From Octopus vulgaris (lineage: Eukaryota): a stretch of DNA of 64,000 nucleotides. Location of the stretch: the NCBI GenBank assembly GCA_951406725.2, contig OX597823.1, positions 33,294,001 through 33,358,000 of the forward strand, written 5' to 3'. The position numbers were made by a program, and so were the translations under genes. The notes under the pieces were generated by a model, which saw nothing but the letters and a program-made list of their open reading frames with translations, did no database searches and was not told the DNA's origin. Within the stretch, counting starts at the first letter, position 1; every line of letters starts with the position of its first letter. Shown piece by piece: positions 12,460-25,787 of this stretch.

Positions 12460-12609
12460 TTGTGTGTGTGTGCATTTGTGTGTGTGTATTTATGTGTGTG
12501 TATTTGTGTGTGTGTATGTGTGTGTGTATGTGTGTCTATTTGTGTGTATGTGTATGCGTGTGTGTGTATTTGTGTGTGTGTATGTGTGTGCGTGTGTGTG
12601 TGCAAATGG

Positions 12610-13000
12610 ATGTATGGTAAGTAGTTTGCTTCCCAACCACATGGTTCCAGGTTCAGTCCCACTGTGTGGCACCTTGGTCAAGTGTCTTCTACTATAGCTT
12701 TAGGTCAACCAAAGCCTTGTGAACAGCTATGGTAGAGGGAAACTGAAAGAAGCCCGTCGTATATGTATATGTATATATACATATATCTATGTTTATATGT
12801 GTGTGGGTGTTAGTTCCTTGCAACTGTTTGACAACCAGTGTTGGTGTTTATGTCCCCGTAACTTAGCAGTTCAGTAAAAGAGATCAAGAGAATAAGTAAA
12901 AAAAGTTCTGGGGTCAAGTCATTTGATTAATTATTCTTCTGGGCTGTGCCTCAGCATGGCCACAATCTAATGACTGAAACCAGTAAAAGGTAAAGGATTA
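12610..13000 (+). mobile_element. SINE family B, diverged
   Basis: ggtaagtagtttgcttcccaaccacatggttccaggttcagtccc..ccttggtcaagtgtc..gaagcccgtcgta(TA)..aatgactgaaaccagtaaaag. Confidence 0.88.
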
Positions 13001-13006
13001 ACAATA

Positions 13007-13614
13007 CATCATCATCATCATTTAACGTCTGTTGTCCATACTGGCATGGGTTGGACAGTTTGGCCAGGGCTGGCAAGCTGGAAGGCTGCACCAGACTCCA
13101 GTCTGATTTGGCATGGTTTTCTACTTCTGGATGCCCTTCCTAATGCCAACCACTCCGAGAGTGTAATGGATATTTTTACATGCTACCGGCACAGGTGCCA
13201 TTTGCATGACACTGGGTTGCTTTTATGTGCCACTGACATGGGTGCCATTTGCATGACACCAGTACCTGCCATGACTGCGATTTTGCTAGGCTTGATGGCT
13301 CTTCTTCTCAAGCACGACATAATACCAAAGGTCTTGGTCATTGCCTTCATGAGGCCCAACACTCGAAAGGAACTCAGCCACTTTGCTTCTGTGAGGCCCA
13401 ATGTTCAAAAGGTGTTATTTATGTGCCACCAGCATGGGTACACTTGGCTTAATGGGTCCAGTCAAGCACAGCCAAAGGTCTTAATCACCAGTCATTGCCT
13501 TTGTGAAGCTCATAGTTTGAAGATCATGCTTCACCCATGTCTTCCTGTGTCTACCTCTACCACAGGTTCCCTCCTCAGTTAGAGATTGGTGCTTCTTTAC
13601 ACAGCTGTTCTCGT

Positions 13615-13615
<1 letters not shown>
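13007..13615 (-). mobile_element. RTE LINE 3' end, same family as 1-1845
   Basis: Reverse complement matches 1100-1210 (ggaacctgtgg.agaggtagac..gacctttgg, partly duplicated) and the terminal segment with (GAT)n tail. Confidence 0.85.
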
Positions 13616-13655
<40 letters not shown>

Positions 13656-13659
13656 ATAA

Positions 13660-15011
13660 TTCCCTGAACTGGAAGAACGGTTGTAGCAGGGAATTGTATC
13701 AGACTGCCAGAAGGGAAGCTAGGAGGAAGGTTTATTTAGCCAGAGGGGAAGCTGATAAGAAAAATTTGCCAATGTTCTGCGCCGTGAGGACTAAAGACTT
13801 GAGGTATTTCGTGTTACAAGACAGAGTGTGAGAGAGAATCATGATGTTGTAGGAGAGAAATGTGTTCGCATGGATGATGGCTCACTTGCACTAGACGAGG
13901 CTGCAAAGAGAGAGGTTTGGAGACGCCGCTATGAAAGGTTGCTGAATAAAGAAAATGAATGGGAGAAAGAGAGTCTGCCGAATGTCGACCAAACAGAGGG
14001 ACCTGCTATCTGAGTTGACAGTACCTTGGTAGATAAAGCAATTAAGAGTATGAAGACAGGGAATCACTGCAGAGATTCTCAAAATATCGACTATAGCCTA
14101 GTCACCCGTATAGTTAACTAGGTGATACACGAAGGAGTCATACCCAATGATTGGTTGTAGCAACAATATAGTCAACTGCTACAAAGGAAAAGGTGACGCT
14201 TTAGGTATAAAGAATTACAGAGGTATCAAGTTGTTAGATCAGGTAATGAAGGTCACGGAGAGTGTCATAGCCCAACTAATTAGGAAGAGAGTCAGTTTAG
14301 ATGAGATGCAGTTTGGGTTCGTGCCAGGGAAAAGCACCACTGATGCTATATTTCTGGTGAGACAGCTGCAGGAGAAATACCTGGCCAAAGATAAACATCT
14401 GTACCTGACTTTCGTTGACATGGAGAACACCTTTGACAGGGTCCCCCGATCCCTTATCTGGTGGTTAACGAGGAAACTAGGGATAGATGAATGGTTAGTG
14501 AGAGCTGTGCAAGCCATGTACAGGAACGCTGTCAGTAAGGTGAGGGTTGGCAACGAGTACAGTGAAGAATTCCGGGTGGAGGTAGGGGTCCACCAAGGTT
14601 CAGTCCTTAGCCCCCTCCTATTTATCATAGTCCTCCAGGCAATAACATATATACATATATATATAGATAGATATATAGATAGATATTGGCTCCCGTGCCG
14701 GTGGCACGTGAAAAACAAGATTCGAGCATGATCGTTGCCAGTGCCGCCGGACTGGCTCCCGTGCAACTAGCACGTAAAAAAACACCTTTTGAGCGTGGTC
14801 GTTGCCATAACCGCCTGATTGGCCCTCGTGACGGTGGACGTAAAAGCACCCACTGCACTCTCGGAGTGGTTGGCGTTAGGAAGGGCATCCAGCTGTAGAA
14901 ACTTTGCCAGATCAGATTGAGCCTGGTGCAGACTCTGGTTCGTCAGCCCTCAGTCAAATCATCCAACCTATGCCAGCATGGAAAGCAGACGTTAAACGAT
15001 GATGATGATGA

Positions 15012-15015
<4 letters not shown>
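13660..15015 (+). mobile_element. RTE LINE fragment: N-terminal RT half joined through a microsatellite to the 3' UTR
   Basis: ORF 14147-14731 reads YKGKGD..NYRGIKLL..QFGFVPGKSTTDAIF..FVDME..FDRVPR..GVHQGSVLSPLLF and overlaps 1-250 in sequence. 14687-15015 is the UTR and tail. Confidence 0.92.
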
Positions 15016-15085
<70 letters not shown>

Positions 15086-15094
15086 TGAGTAGTG

Positions 15095-15183
15095 ATGCAG
15101 TACGACCGTTTCAAGTGGCTCCATTTAATTGAACAATGCAATCATTACATCAATTTAAATGCAATGCCATCATCAGCTGTACA
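15095..15183 (-). ncRNA. Type I hammerhead ribozyme-like motif (Penelope/retrozyme type)
   Basis: Minus strand: uguacag CUGAUGA uggc[long hairpin]gcca cuu GAAA cggucg UA cugcau. Homologous copy at 37771-37860 (+). The junction before GAAA is atypical. Confidence 0.6.
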
Positions 15184-15229
15184 ATTATATATATATATAT
15201 GTGTGTGTGTGTATGTGTGTGTGTGTGTA

Positions 15230-15260
<31 letters not shown>

Positions 15261-15369
15261 ATGTATGTATGTATGTATGTGTATATATAAATATGTGTGT
15301 GTGTGTGTGTGCGTGTGTGTGCGTGTGTGTGTGTGCGTTTGTGTGCGTGTGTGTGTGTGTGTGTATATA

Positions 15370-15650
15370 TAGGCTTGGCTTTGGAAGTGAAGATTTTTGG
15401 AGTGAGGTGGGGGAGATGTCCAATGTCCACATCTGTTGGAAGCTTGGTAATGCCTGACAAGCTTGGTTCAGAACAAACAGACATGATTGCTGCATGGGAA
15501 TGTAGGCTGATCCTGGTTGGTTGCATCGTACGTCTTTTACATCCGTTTTCTCTTGTCTGTAAGGATGGTCCTGCAGGTGTGTTCAAAGGAGACTCTTATG
15601 CTGCGGACAGTGAGATGCTAGGATTCGCAAATCAACAGCAAGAACGCACA
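15370..15650 (-). mobile_element. RTE (BovB-like) LINE 3' end, decayed
   Basis: Minus frame FEHTCRTILTDKRKR..PTFPCSN resembles an RTE C-terminal basic tract plus zinc finger; terminus atcttcacttccaaagccaagcc. Confidence 0.6.
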
Positions 15651-15869
15651 TTTATATACACACATATGTATATATGCACACACACACACATACAGATATA
15701 CATACGTACATATATACATTTGTACGTACGTACATACATATATACGTACGTATGTATATACATACATAATATCTATAACATAGAAAAATATGGTGGTCAG
15801 AACTATTCTCTTGCAACAAGACAATATCCCACAATGCATTTGCAGCATCAGTGCTGATTCCAATATTTG

Positions 15870-16560
15870 AGGTAGTTGGTCTGTAGAAGAAATCCACTCC
15901 ATAGACGTTAAAACCCGCAAGATACTGACATCAACTGGAAATCTCTATAGAAATAGTGATCTCGATAGTCTCTGCCTAAGAAGAGATAAAGGAAATGGAG
16001 ACTTGAGATCAGTGCAAACAGCTTTTTAATGTCGTCTCTCTCAGACAGCACTTGCTAAAGAACAGCAGCAAAAATAAATACATTAACTTAGCGCTGGAAA
16101 GTGAAGAAAACAGTATCCTATGTGTTGGTTGTAGTGGGCTCCTCAAGAAGCATTCATTTGCTGGTGACCTCCCATACAACCCCAAATCAACCAGACTAAC
16201 ATACCGCAAAGAAGACCTGGACGCGAACCAGTCAGTATACCAAACAAGAAGACCATGAATGAGTATGTTTCTCGAAGACAGTAATATTTGACATGAAGCG
16301 AAGACTCTCTTGAACTTGTGACCGCTACATCACATTACACTTCGAAGTGTAATCCAAGAACATGAGATTGCTACTAAATACCTAATCAACAAAAGAGACA
16401 AGATGCGACTAAAAATATAGATTATGTCATATTTCTGTGGAAGATATCACACATGTTATTAGCAGCTGCTCAAAAATGTCGTCCGACACGACGTTGTCGC
16501 AAAACCGATATAGAATGCCATCTGGAAAAAGACTGTCCTAGATATCGTCATTTGGGACGG
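15870..16560 (+). mobile_element. R4/Dong-type LINE fragment, decayed
   Basis: SDLDSLCLRRDKGNGDLRS (compare SDIERLYIQRIEGGRGL), IQEHEIATKYL, LCHISVEDITHVISSC, RHDVVAK. Confidence 0.8.
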
Positions 16561-17655
16561 ACAGGAAAAAGGGGCTAAACACAGAGGAGACAAACAAGGA
16601 CAGACAGACGGATTAAGTCGATTATATCGACCCCAGTGCGTAACTGGTACTTAATTTATCGACCCTGAAAGGATAAAAGGCAAAGTCGACCTCGGCGGAA
16701 TTTGAACTCAGAACGTAGCGACAGACGAAATACCGGTAAGCCTTTCGCTCGGCGTGCTAACGTTTCTGCCAGCACGTCGCCTTCAATGAATGGTTATTGG
16801 TGACAATAATAATTCTTCCTAATTTTGGTTGAAGGCTGGAAATTATTGAGGGTAGGGCAGAAGCTGATATATCGATCCCTAGTGTTTGATTGCTACTTTA
16901 TCTTATCGAACCTAAGAAGTTGAAAGGCAAAGCTGATCTTGGTGGAATTTGAAGACAGAATTGACCAAGTGGAATAAATACTGCAAAGCGCTTTTTTTTT
17001 GACGAAGGCAGTAAACTGGCGGAATTGTATTTAGCCAGCTTACTGCTCTCATAATAATCCTTTCTATTAGAAGCACAAGGCCTGAAGTTTTGGGAGAGGA
17101 GGTTTGTCAAATGTGCGTAACCGGTACTTATTTCATTGACCTGAAAAGATGAAATGTGATGTTAATCTCAGTGGTATTTGAACTCAGAACATAATGACAA
17201 GCAAAATACCACTAAGCACATTGGTATGCTAATGATTCTGCTGATTCACCATTTTACTGGATATAATAATAATCTTTTCTACTCTCGGTACAAAGCCCGA
17301 AAGTTTTGGAGAGGTAGGCAGTCGATTAGATCGACCACAGTACGCAACTGATACTTAATTTATCGACCCCGAAAGGCTGAAAAGCAAAGTCGAACTCAGA
17401 ACGTAAAGACAGACGAAATATCGATTTCTTTATTACCCACAGGGGGCTAAACACAGAGGGGACAAACAAGGACAGACATAGGTATTAAGTCGATTACAGC
17501 GACCCCAGTGCGTGACTGGTACTTAATTTATCGACCCCGAAAGGATGAAAGGCAAAGTCGACCTCGGCGGAATTTGAACTCAGAACATAAAGACAGACGA
17601 AATACCGCTAAGCATTTCTCCCGGCGTGCTAACATTTCTGCCAGCTCCTCCCGCC
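16560..17655 (-). mobile_element. Cluster of about five SINE family A copies, all on the minus strand
   Basis: Repeated ggtacttaatttatcgacccc.aaagg..aaaggcaaagtcgacctcggcggaatttgaactcagaac at different divergence levels. Confidence 0.88.
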
Positions 17656-17899
17656 TTCTGGATATAATGAAAATGGTATCAATTGGATCCCAATGATAGA
17701 CAAGATCCTGAGATAATTCCAAGACCAACTTTTGATCGAATTATCAGTGTTGTTAATCTTATATGTTATGTGGCTAGTTTCTACATTATTAACGATCCTT
17801 TTTTTCTTAGACAAATGTGAGATTTATGGCACTGAAAATCATAATGCTTTTTTAATGATGGTAAGGTAGATTTCTGAAGAATATTTGGTTGTATTTTCT

Positions 17900-18240
17900 T
17901 ACTACCACTGATCTCTCAACATGTCCAAACAGGCAACTGACTTCAGATACAACACTATAACATTACCACAAGCACCATCATAGGGGAGATTTCAACTCGC
18001 CCAACACTTCTTGGTTTTCAAATATTACAGATAATAAAAAAAAAGTAAGGCAGTAGACATCAAAACTACCAAGCCTTCCTGAGGAAGGCCTGGTAGGGTG
18101 TGGGTGAGTTTTGATGTTTACTGCCTTACTATGTGTGTGTGTAGATATCATCTTCTGTCCTACCCACATTTAACGATCACAGCATCTTTGCAAACGATTC
18201 CTCAGCTTACCTGGGACCACACAGAAATCACCCTTACAAC
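17900..18240 (+). mobile_element. Decayed LINE APE-endonuclease remnant interrupted by an 87-bp hairpin element
   Basis: TIIG-DFNSPNTSW (GDFN-like) before, and DIIFC..WDHTEI (SDH-like) after, the inverted repeat at 18044-18130. Confidence 0.45.
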
Positions 18241-18409
18241 ACCTTTACTCATCGATGTCCCACGTCTGTCCTGGTTTTGGAATAAGTACAGCACAGTCTG
18301 AAAGTCGTAAGAGGTTACTAAAGAGATTAGCAAGAGAAAGGGCGTCCGATTGTAAAACACAGTTCCACAGAAGCAGTCTAACTCATGCCGGCATAAAAAA
18401 GGGGACATA

Positions 18410-19010
18410 AAATGATGACGACGACGACAGCGATGATAATGATGATGGTGGTGATGGAAATGATGACGATGATGATGATCATGATGACGACGATGACGAT
18501 GATAATGACGACGAGGATGATGGTAGTAACGATGATGAGAACGACAATACGCTGCTGCTGCTGCCATTGCTGCCGCTGCTGCCGCTGCTGCCGCTGCTGC
18601 CGATGACCGGACATTGAAGAGAGCAAAACCACTTTTGCAAACTTCAAAAAAAGCACAATGGAACGAGTTCCAAAAAGAGAAAGAGACAAGGCTTTTAGGC
18701 TTCACCACCAAAACCACCACCACCACCACAAAAACCACCACCACAAAAACCACCACCACTACCGCCTTTGCCGCCTCTGCCGCCTCCTCCATTACCGCCA
18801 CTGCCACCATTACCGCCGCCGCCGCCACAACCACCACCGCTACCGCCACCACCACCACCACCGCTACCACCACCACCGTCGCCGCCGCCAACGCCACATT
18901 ACTGTGATCAACATAGGAATTGCAATACATACATTCTGCAGAATAATTATAGCCACTCACAAACATACACACATGCACACACACACACATATGCACACAC
19001 ACACACATAT

Positions 19011-19052
<42 letters not shown>

Positions 19053-19200
19053 ACATATACACACGTACACATACACAAACATAAAAGCAACCTCGTAAAA
19101 AGGCGGCAACATAAAAAACCACAACCACAATTACTCGCTAGAAATAACGAACCTCATAAAATTCCAGAAACACATCAACCACTCAAACAACAACAGAAAC

Positions 19201-19236
<36 letters not shown>

Positions 19237-19240
19237 CAGC
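18410..19240. repeat. Compound (GAT)/(GCT)/(CAC/CGC)/(CA)/(CAA) microsatellites
   Basis: Directly visible; source of the 308-aa minus-strand ORF. Confidence 0.95.
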
Positions 19241-19515
19241 TGAAACAAATTTGACCATCAAACAATGAAACAAAGAAACAGCAACAAATAAATAAATAAA
19301 TAAATAAATAAGTGAAATAGGAAAAAAAAACTGAAAACTGGGAAATATTTGTGTCACGAAATTAATTGTAAAATACTTTAGAATGATTAGCAACATCAAA
19401 CAGAATGACCCCCAGTGTCCACAAATATAAACCGAAAATAATATATATCCCCGTTCGCCCCCACACCAACAGAAGGCTACCATCAAAAGTAAAGCCGAAT
19501 AAAATAGACAGGAAG

Positions 19516-19548
<33 letters not shown>

Positions 19549-19899
19549 CAAAGAAAAAGTATTCTTTTGACCTCTTGCTTCCACCAGGTGCCCATGAAAA
19601 GCAATAGCGAGGTCTAAAATCTCAAAATTTCCAACCCCAGACCTTTTAGCTACAACAATCTTCAAATCACATACGACTGACTTAAAAACGAATTGTCATG
19701 CTGGAAATGTAGTTCTAAATACACTGTATTAGAAATTAAAAGGAAAAAGAAAAGAAAAACAACGACCACAGCTGTGACGATTCTGATCAAAGGCCTGATG
19801 AACCGGTGTAGCCCGATGGACGAGGGCTAAACAAATCCTGTTATTCACAGAAATGGTTGAAGAAACTGGAGAAGATATCATTGGCATGAACATAATATT

Positions 19900-20314
19900 C
19901 AAACACAGATATTTTCACCGAAGGAATCGAGCAGAGATATTGCATCATCTCTTGCCAAAAGCTTGGTGATACTCAAGCCCAAAACTTCTAGAAGATTCAA
20001 CAAGCCTTTAGCGATGACGTCATGGACAAATCTCAGATCAAGGTACAACCGCTTCAAACATGGTCGCACCTCGGTGGAGAGCGAGGCACGCTCAGCTAGG
20101 CCAACCACAAGCCGACATGAGGAGCCGACGTTCGGCGAACAGTTATGTAAGACCGTCGAGTAACAACCCAGGAAATTGCTCACGAAGTGAGAATAAGCAT
20201 ATGATTAGTGCATTCTATCTTAACGGAGGATTTGTGCACGTGGAGAGTGTCGGCAAAATTTGCCCTTACGATTTTGGCGAGAAAAATAGTCAGATACTTT
20301 TTGAACGCACCTCT
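19900..20314 (+). mobile_element. Internally deleted mariner element (N-terminal HTH region)
   Basis: IEQRYCI..KLGDTQAQ..IQQAFSDD..NRFKHGRTSVESEARSARP; TIR-like end tttgaacgcacctc. Confidence 0.8.
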
Positions 20315-20399
20315 GAACTTTTGAACTCACATTATACATACATACATACATACATACATACATACATACATACATACATACATACATACATACATACAT

Positions 20400-20480
<81 letters not shown>

Positions 20481-20486
<6 letters not shown>

Positions 20487-21122
20487 TAATAAATAAAATA
20501 TATGCATACATACATACATATATGTACGTACGTACATCTACATGTAAATATACATGCATATATAAATATATTAACGTAAGTACAGGACACCACAAATAGA
20601 CGTAGAACTCAACGAGAAACGAAAACGTAAAAAACAAACGTGGAAACGGACCTAAACGAAAAAAACAGAGTACAAGACAAACTACACAAGGAAAAATCCC
20701 CTTCATCAACTGTCCCTAGTTCAACTCTAGCGTGTTTCGAAGGTTGGACAGAGCACGACTCGTGGAACTAGTCCTTTCTGCGAAGGAATTAAAAAAAGAT
20801 ACTTGGCAGAGGGGTAAAAACAAGGAAAGTTAAACATTCCACGAGTCGTGTTCTGTCCAACCTTCGAAACACGCTAGAGTTGAACTAGGGACAGCTGATG
20901 AAGGGGATTTTTCCTTGTGTAGTTTGTCTTGTACTCTGTTTTTTTCGTTTAGGTCCGTTTCCACGTTTGTTTTTACGTTTTCGTTCCTCGTTGAGTTCTA
21001 CGTCTATTTGTGGTGTCCTGTACTTACGTATATATATTTATATATGCATGTATATTTACATGTAGATGTAGGTACGTACATATATGTATGTATGTATGCA
21101 TATATTTTATTTATTACACTAT
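20481..21122. repeat. Long inverted repeat (arms about 287 bp, 69-bp spacer), possibly an inverted Penelope pseudo-LTR
   Basis: 20481-20767 is the reverse complement of 20837-21122 with only a handful of differences. The Penelope assignment is inference. Confidence 0.93.
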
Positions 21123-21204
21123 TGTATGACTGAGCGCCCTCGCGTCGATCCGATTCGTTTTCGTTTCGTTTCATCTCCTCCAAGTAAGTTTTGTTATATA
21201 TATA

Positions 21205-22600
<1,396 letters not shown>

Positions 22601-23031
22601 CAAAAATGGGACAAGAACGCAAAACATTCATACAATTAGGTGATACAAAAGAGTGACAACAAAACATCCAGACAGACGATACAAAGAAAACAAGGACGAG
22701 TCATTCGGAGTTTTCTGTCCCCAGTCAAGTTCAAGATTATCTTTGCAATTTCGGCATTTATATATGTATAAATACTCATATTGGAGTATGCCAACAGATC
22801 ATAATGTAATCCTTGTATTGTCCTTTTTCATGGCCAGATGATTTTCCACCCTGGGTATTTTGAAATGCCAGCCAAAATATTTATACATGTTTTGTAGTTT
22901 GAATTGGATGCGAAATGAAACAATTGTAGGTGAAGATGTTAATTAATTAATAAATTAATATCCATTAGATATCTCCGTTTTCAAAATTATACATACATAC
23001 ATACATACATACATAATACATACATACATAC

Positions 23032-23094
<63 letters not shown>

Positions 23095-23144
23095 TTACAC
23101 ACAAGCACTCTATCTATCCTTCTGTCTGTCTGTCTGTCTGTCTG

Positions 23145-23213
<69 letters not shown>

Positions 23214-23217
<4 letters not shown>

Positions 23218-23538
23218 TAGCTATAAAGCTGAAATGCGAAAAAGTTGTTTGTCTATAACGACGTTTGACACCTTCCACTCTCATTCCCTCTCCGCCTTCG
23301 CCGTCTCTCTGCCCCTCTTTCTTCCACCACCTCTCTCACTGTACCTCTGACTGTATCTATAGAGAGAAAGCGTTGACCGCCGCAAAAGTTTAAATATTCC
23401 CGCCACAAGTCTTTTAGAACGGTGAATTGTTATCGCCCACCACCACCGCACAATCATAACAGATATTATTAATCAGATATATTGTGTTAATTTATATATA
23501 TATATGTGTGTATATAAATATATATATAATGTGTATAC

Positions 23539-23625
<87 letters not shown>

Positions 23626-24341
23626 ATCAATCAATATCTATAAAGCTGAAATACGAAAAAGTTTTTTGATTTCTTGGTTATTTGTCTCATTTTGGGATGG
23701 GAACGGTTTAAGTGGCTGTAGATGGGTTCGGATTGGCGCCAAAATTTACACTGTGGGGGGGGGGGGATAAAATAGGGTGGGCAATGGTGTGAGGAGGGTT
23801 GCAACTCGTCGGGGCTACCGTTTGGTTGCCATGGTGAGGAATATGGGAAAAATTGAGTTTTATGGGATAGACAGATTGCGCTATCTGAATAATGGTGGCT
23901 TTTCATGTTGCTGCAGGGGCTAGAGGCGGTTATCTTTAATCTAATCTATAAAATGAAGAAGGCGGACGTTGATGCAAATAGGATTTTTATGTAAAAAGGG
24001 GTCTAAATGGGATTGGAAGAGGATTAAAATTTACAGGAGGGGGTAATTTGAGGTGAGAAATTGATTGTGAGACGTTTTGGGGGCGCTACAGTGGTTGCTT
24101 TGCTGTGAAAAACGGGGATTTTATTGATTTTTGGGGAGACTTGGTGGTTTAGATTGGATACCTTTTGCTCGATTTCAATCAAATTTTCAACTTGGTAAAG
24201 TGGAAGCGGATTTGTAATTTAAGTGCGGAAAATGGGTTCGAAATTTTGAAAATTAAGGCAAGATTTAAGAAACAGAAAGGAAGCAACAGAAAGTAACAAC
24301 CACACCCTCACCCGCGCGTAGAGCGGGTCACCTTAAGCTAG
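23214..24341 (+). mobile_element. Non-autonomous Helitron(s) with one 3' end and several TC 5'-like starts
   Basis: 3' hairpin acccgc-gcgtaga-gcgggt (24310-24328), then CTAG|T at 24338-24342. Starts TC..ctataaagctgaaat at 23214 and 23637, and tctataaaatgaa at 23945. Confidence 0.7.
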
Positions 24342-24372
<31 letters not shown>

Positions 24373-24402
24373 CGAAGTGTACAGTATTATATATCCATTA
24401 CG

Positions 24403-24492
24403 GCCGATCTTACCAATTGGTTTCGTACTAGGGGTTCAACGGAATGTTGGGTAACAGTCCGATTATGTAACCCTGCGCTCTTCAGAGGCGAC
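24403..24492 (-). ncRNA. Type I hammerhead ribozyme (minimal palindromic stem III, long stem II)
   Basis: Minus strand: gucgccu CUGAAGA gcgcaggguu..aaccccuaguac GAAA ccaauugg UA agaucggc. Intact core, G10.1-C11.1 pair, GUA cleavage triplet. Confidence 0.75.
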
Positions 24493-25429
24493 TGCTCTCT
24501 ATTGTGGGCGATGGATAGACACATCCGGTTTGTGGGTGCTGTGAAAAAGATGATGAAACGAATCGGGCAAGTGACTGAGTTCAGAATTATGTCACTTGGT
24601 GCCAAAACATCGTCTCTTTGTTGCAAGTCGGCGAGAGTTTTCTGGGAAAGAGTTCGTGGGAAATGTGTGTGTCTTTAAGGTTGGTGTTCTCGTGGAAATG
24701 GAATGTGTGTAGTGGTGCCATATATATAGCCTTTGTGATGGCGCAGGTGGTGGGTGGGCATATACATCTGTGTTTGTTTGTTTGTTTCCTTCTTTTATGC
24801 TTTGGTTAAAATTTCCCATAAACCTTACATACAAATACTCTCTCTTACATGATTTAAGTGTGTCTGTGTATGTATGCGCATGCGTATGGGTATATTTAGA
24901 AGGAAAGAGATACGTACATTCGCCCCACATAGTATATATATGTGTATATATATATGTATATATATATGCTATGTGTATGTGTATTTCTGTGTATGTGTAT
25001 GTATATATGCACACACACACACACACACATACATATATATATATACGCACATATGTTTATCCGTCCCCATCAGTGTGTATGTATGTACGTATGTATATGT
25101 TTGTATGTGTATGTAAATATGTATGTATAGGTATGTGTATATGTGTGTGCGTATGTATATATGCACACTCACACACAGACATATATATATATTCACACGC
25201 ATACGTACATATGTGTGTCCGTCCCCATCAGTGTGTACGTATGTATGTGTGTGTGTGTGCGTATATAAATATGTATGTATATGTATGTGTGTGCGTGTGT
25301 ATGTGTGTGTGTGTATGTGTGTGTGTGTGTGTGTGACTGTGATGTTCCTCACACATAACTCAGTGCAACCATTGATGCTGTATAAGTACAGTTTCCTCTG
25401 TTTCTTAAGACAAGCAGTCAGTCTTGACG

Positions 25430-25754
25430 ACAACAGCTACAACAACAACAGACCACTTGACAACCGCCGATACCACCGCCTCAGCCACCACCACCACCAC
25501 CACCACCACCACCACCACCACCACCACCACTTCCACCACCACCACAACCACCACCACCGCCGTCACTACCAACACCACCACCACCACCACATCCATCACC
25601 ACTACCACCACCTCTACCACCAAAACACTCCACCACCACTGCCACAATCACAGCCACTACCACCACTCTCATTACTCCCACCACCACCACCACCACCACC
25701 ATCAATGCCATCGTGAATACTACTACCAGTGTCATCAACACAACAACGCCATCG

Positions 25755-25787
<33 letters not shown>

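Noticed and set aside
8622-12697. Numerous YI/HT/CV-repeat ORFs here and throughout the window
   Set aside because: Translations of (TA)n and (CA)n microsatellites, which lack stop codons.
18202-19128. 308-aa minus-strand ORF
   Set aside because: A concatenation of microsatellites and repeat fragments.
19796-19845. CUGAUGA..gccc/gggc..UAAAC hammerhead-like string
   Set aside because: Nine extra bases before stem II, GAAA absent, no stem I.
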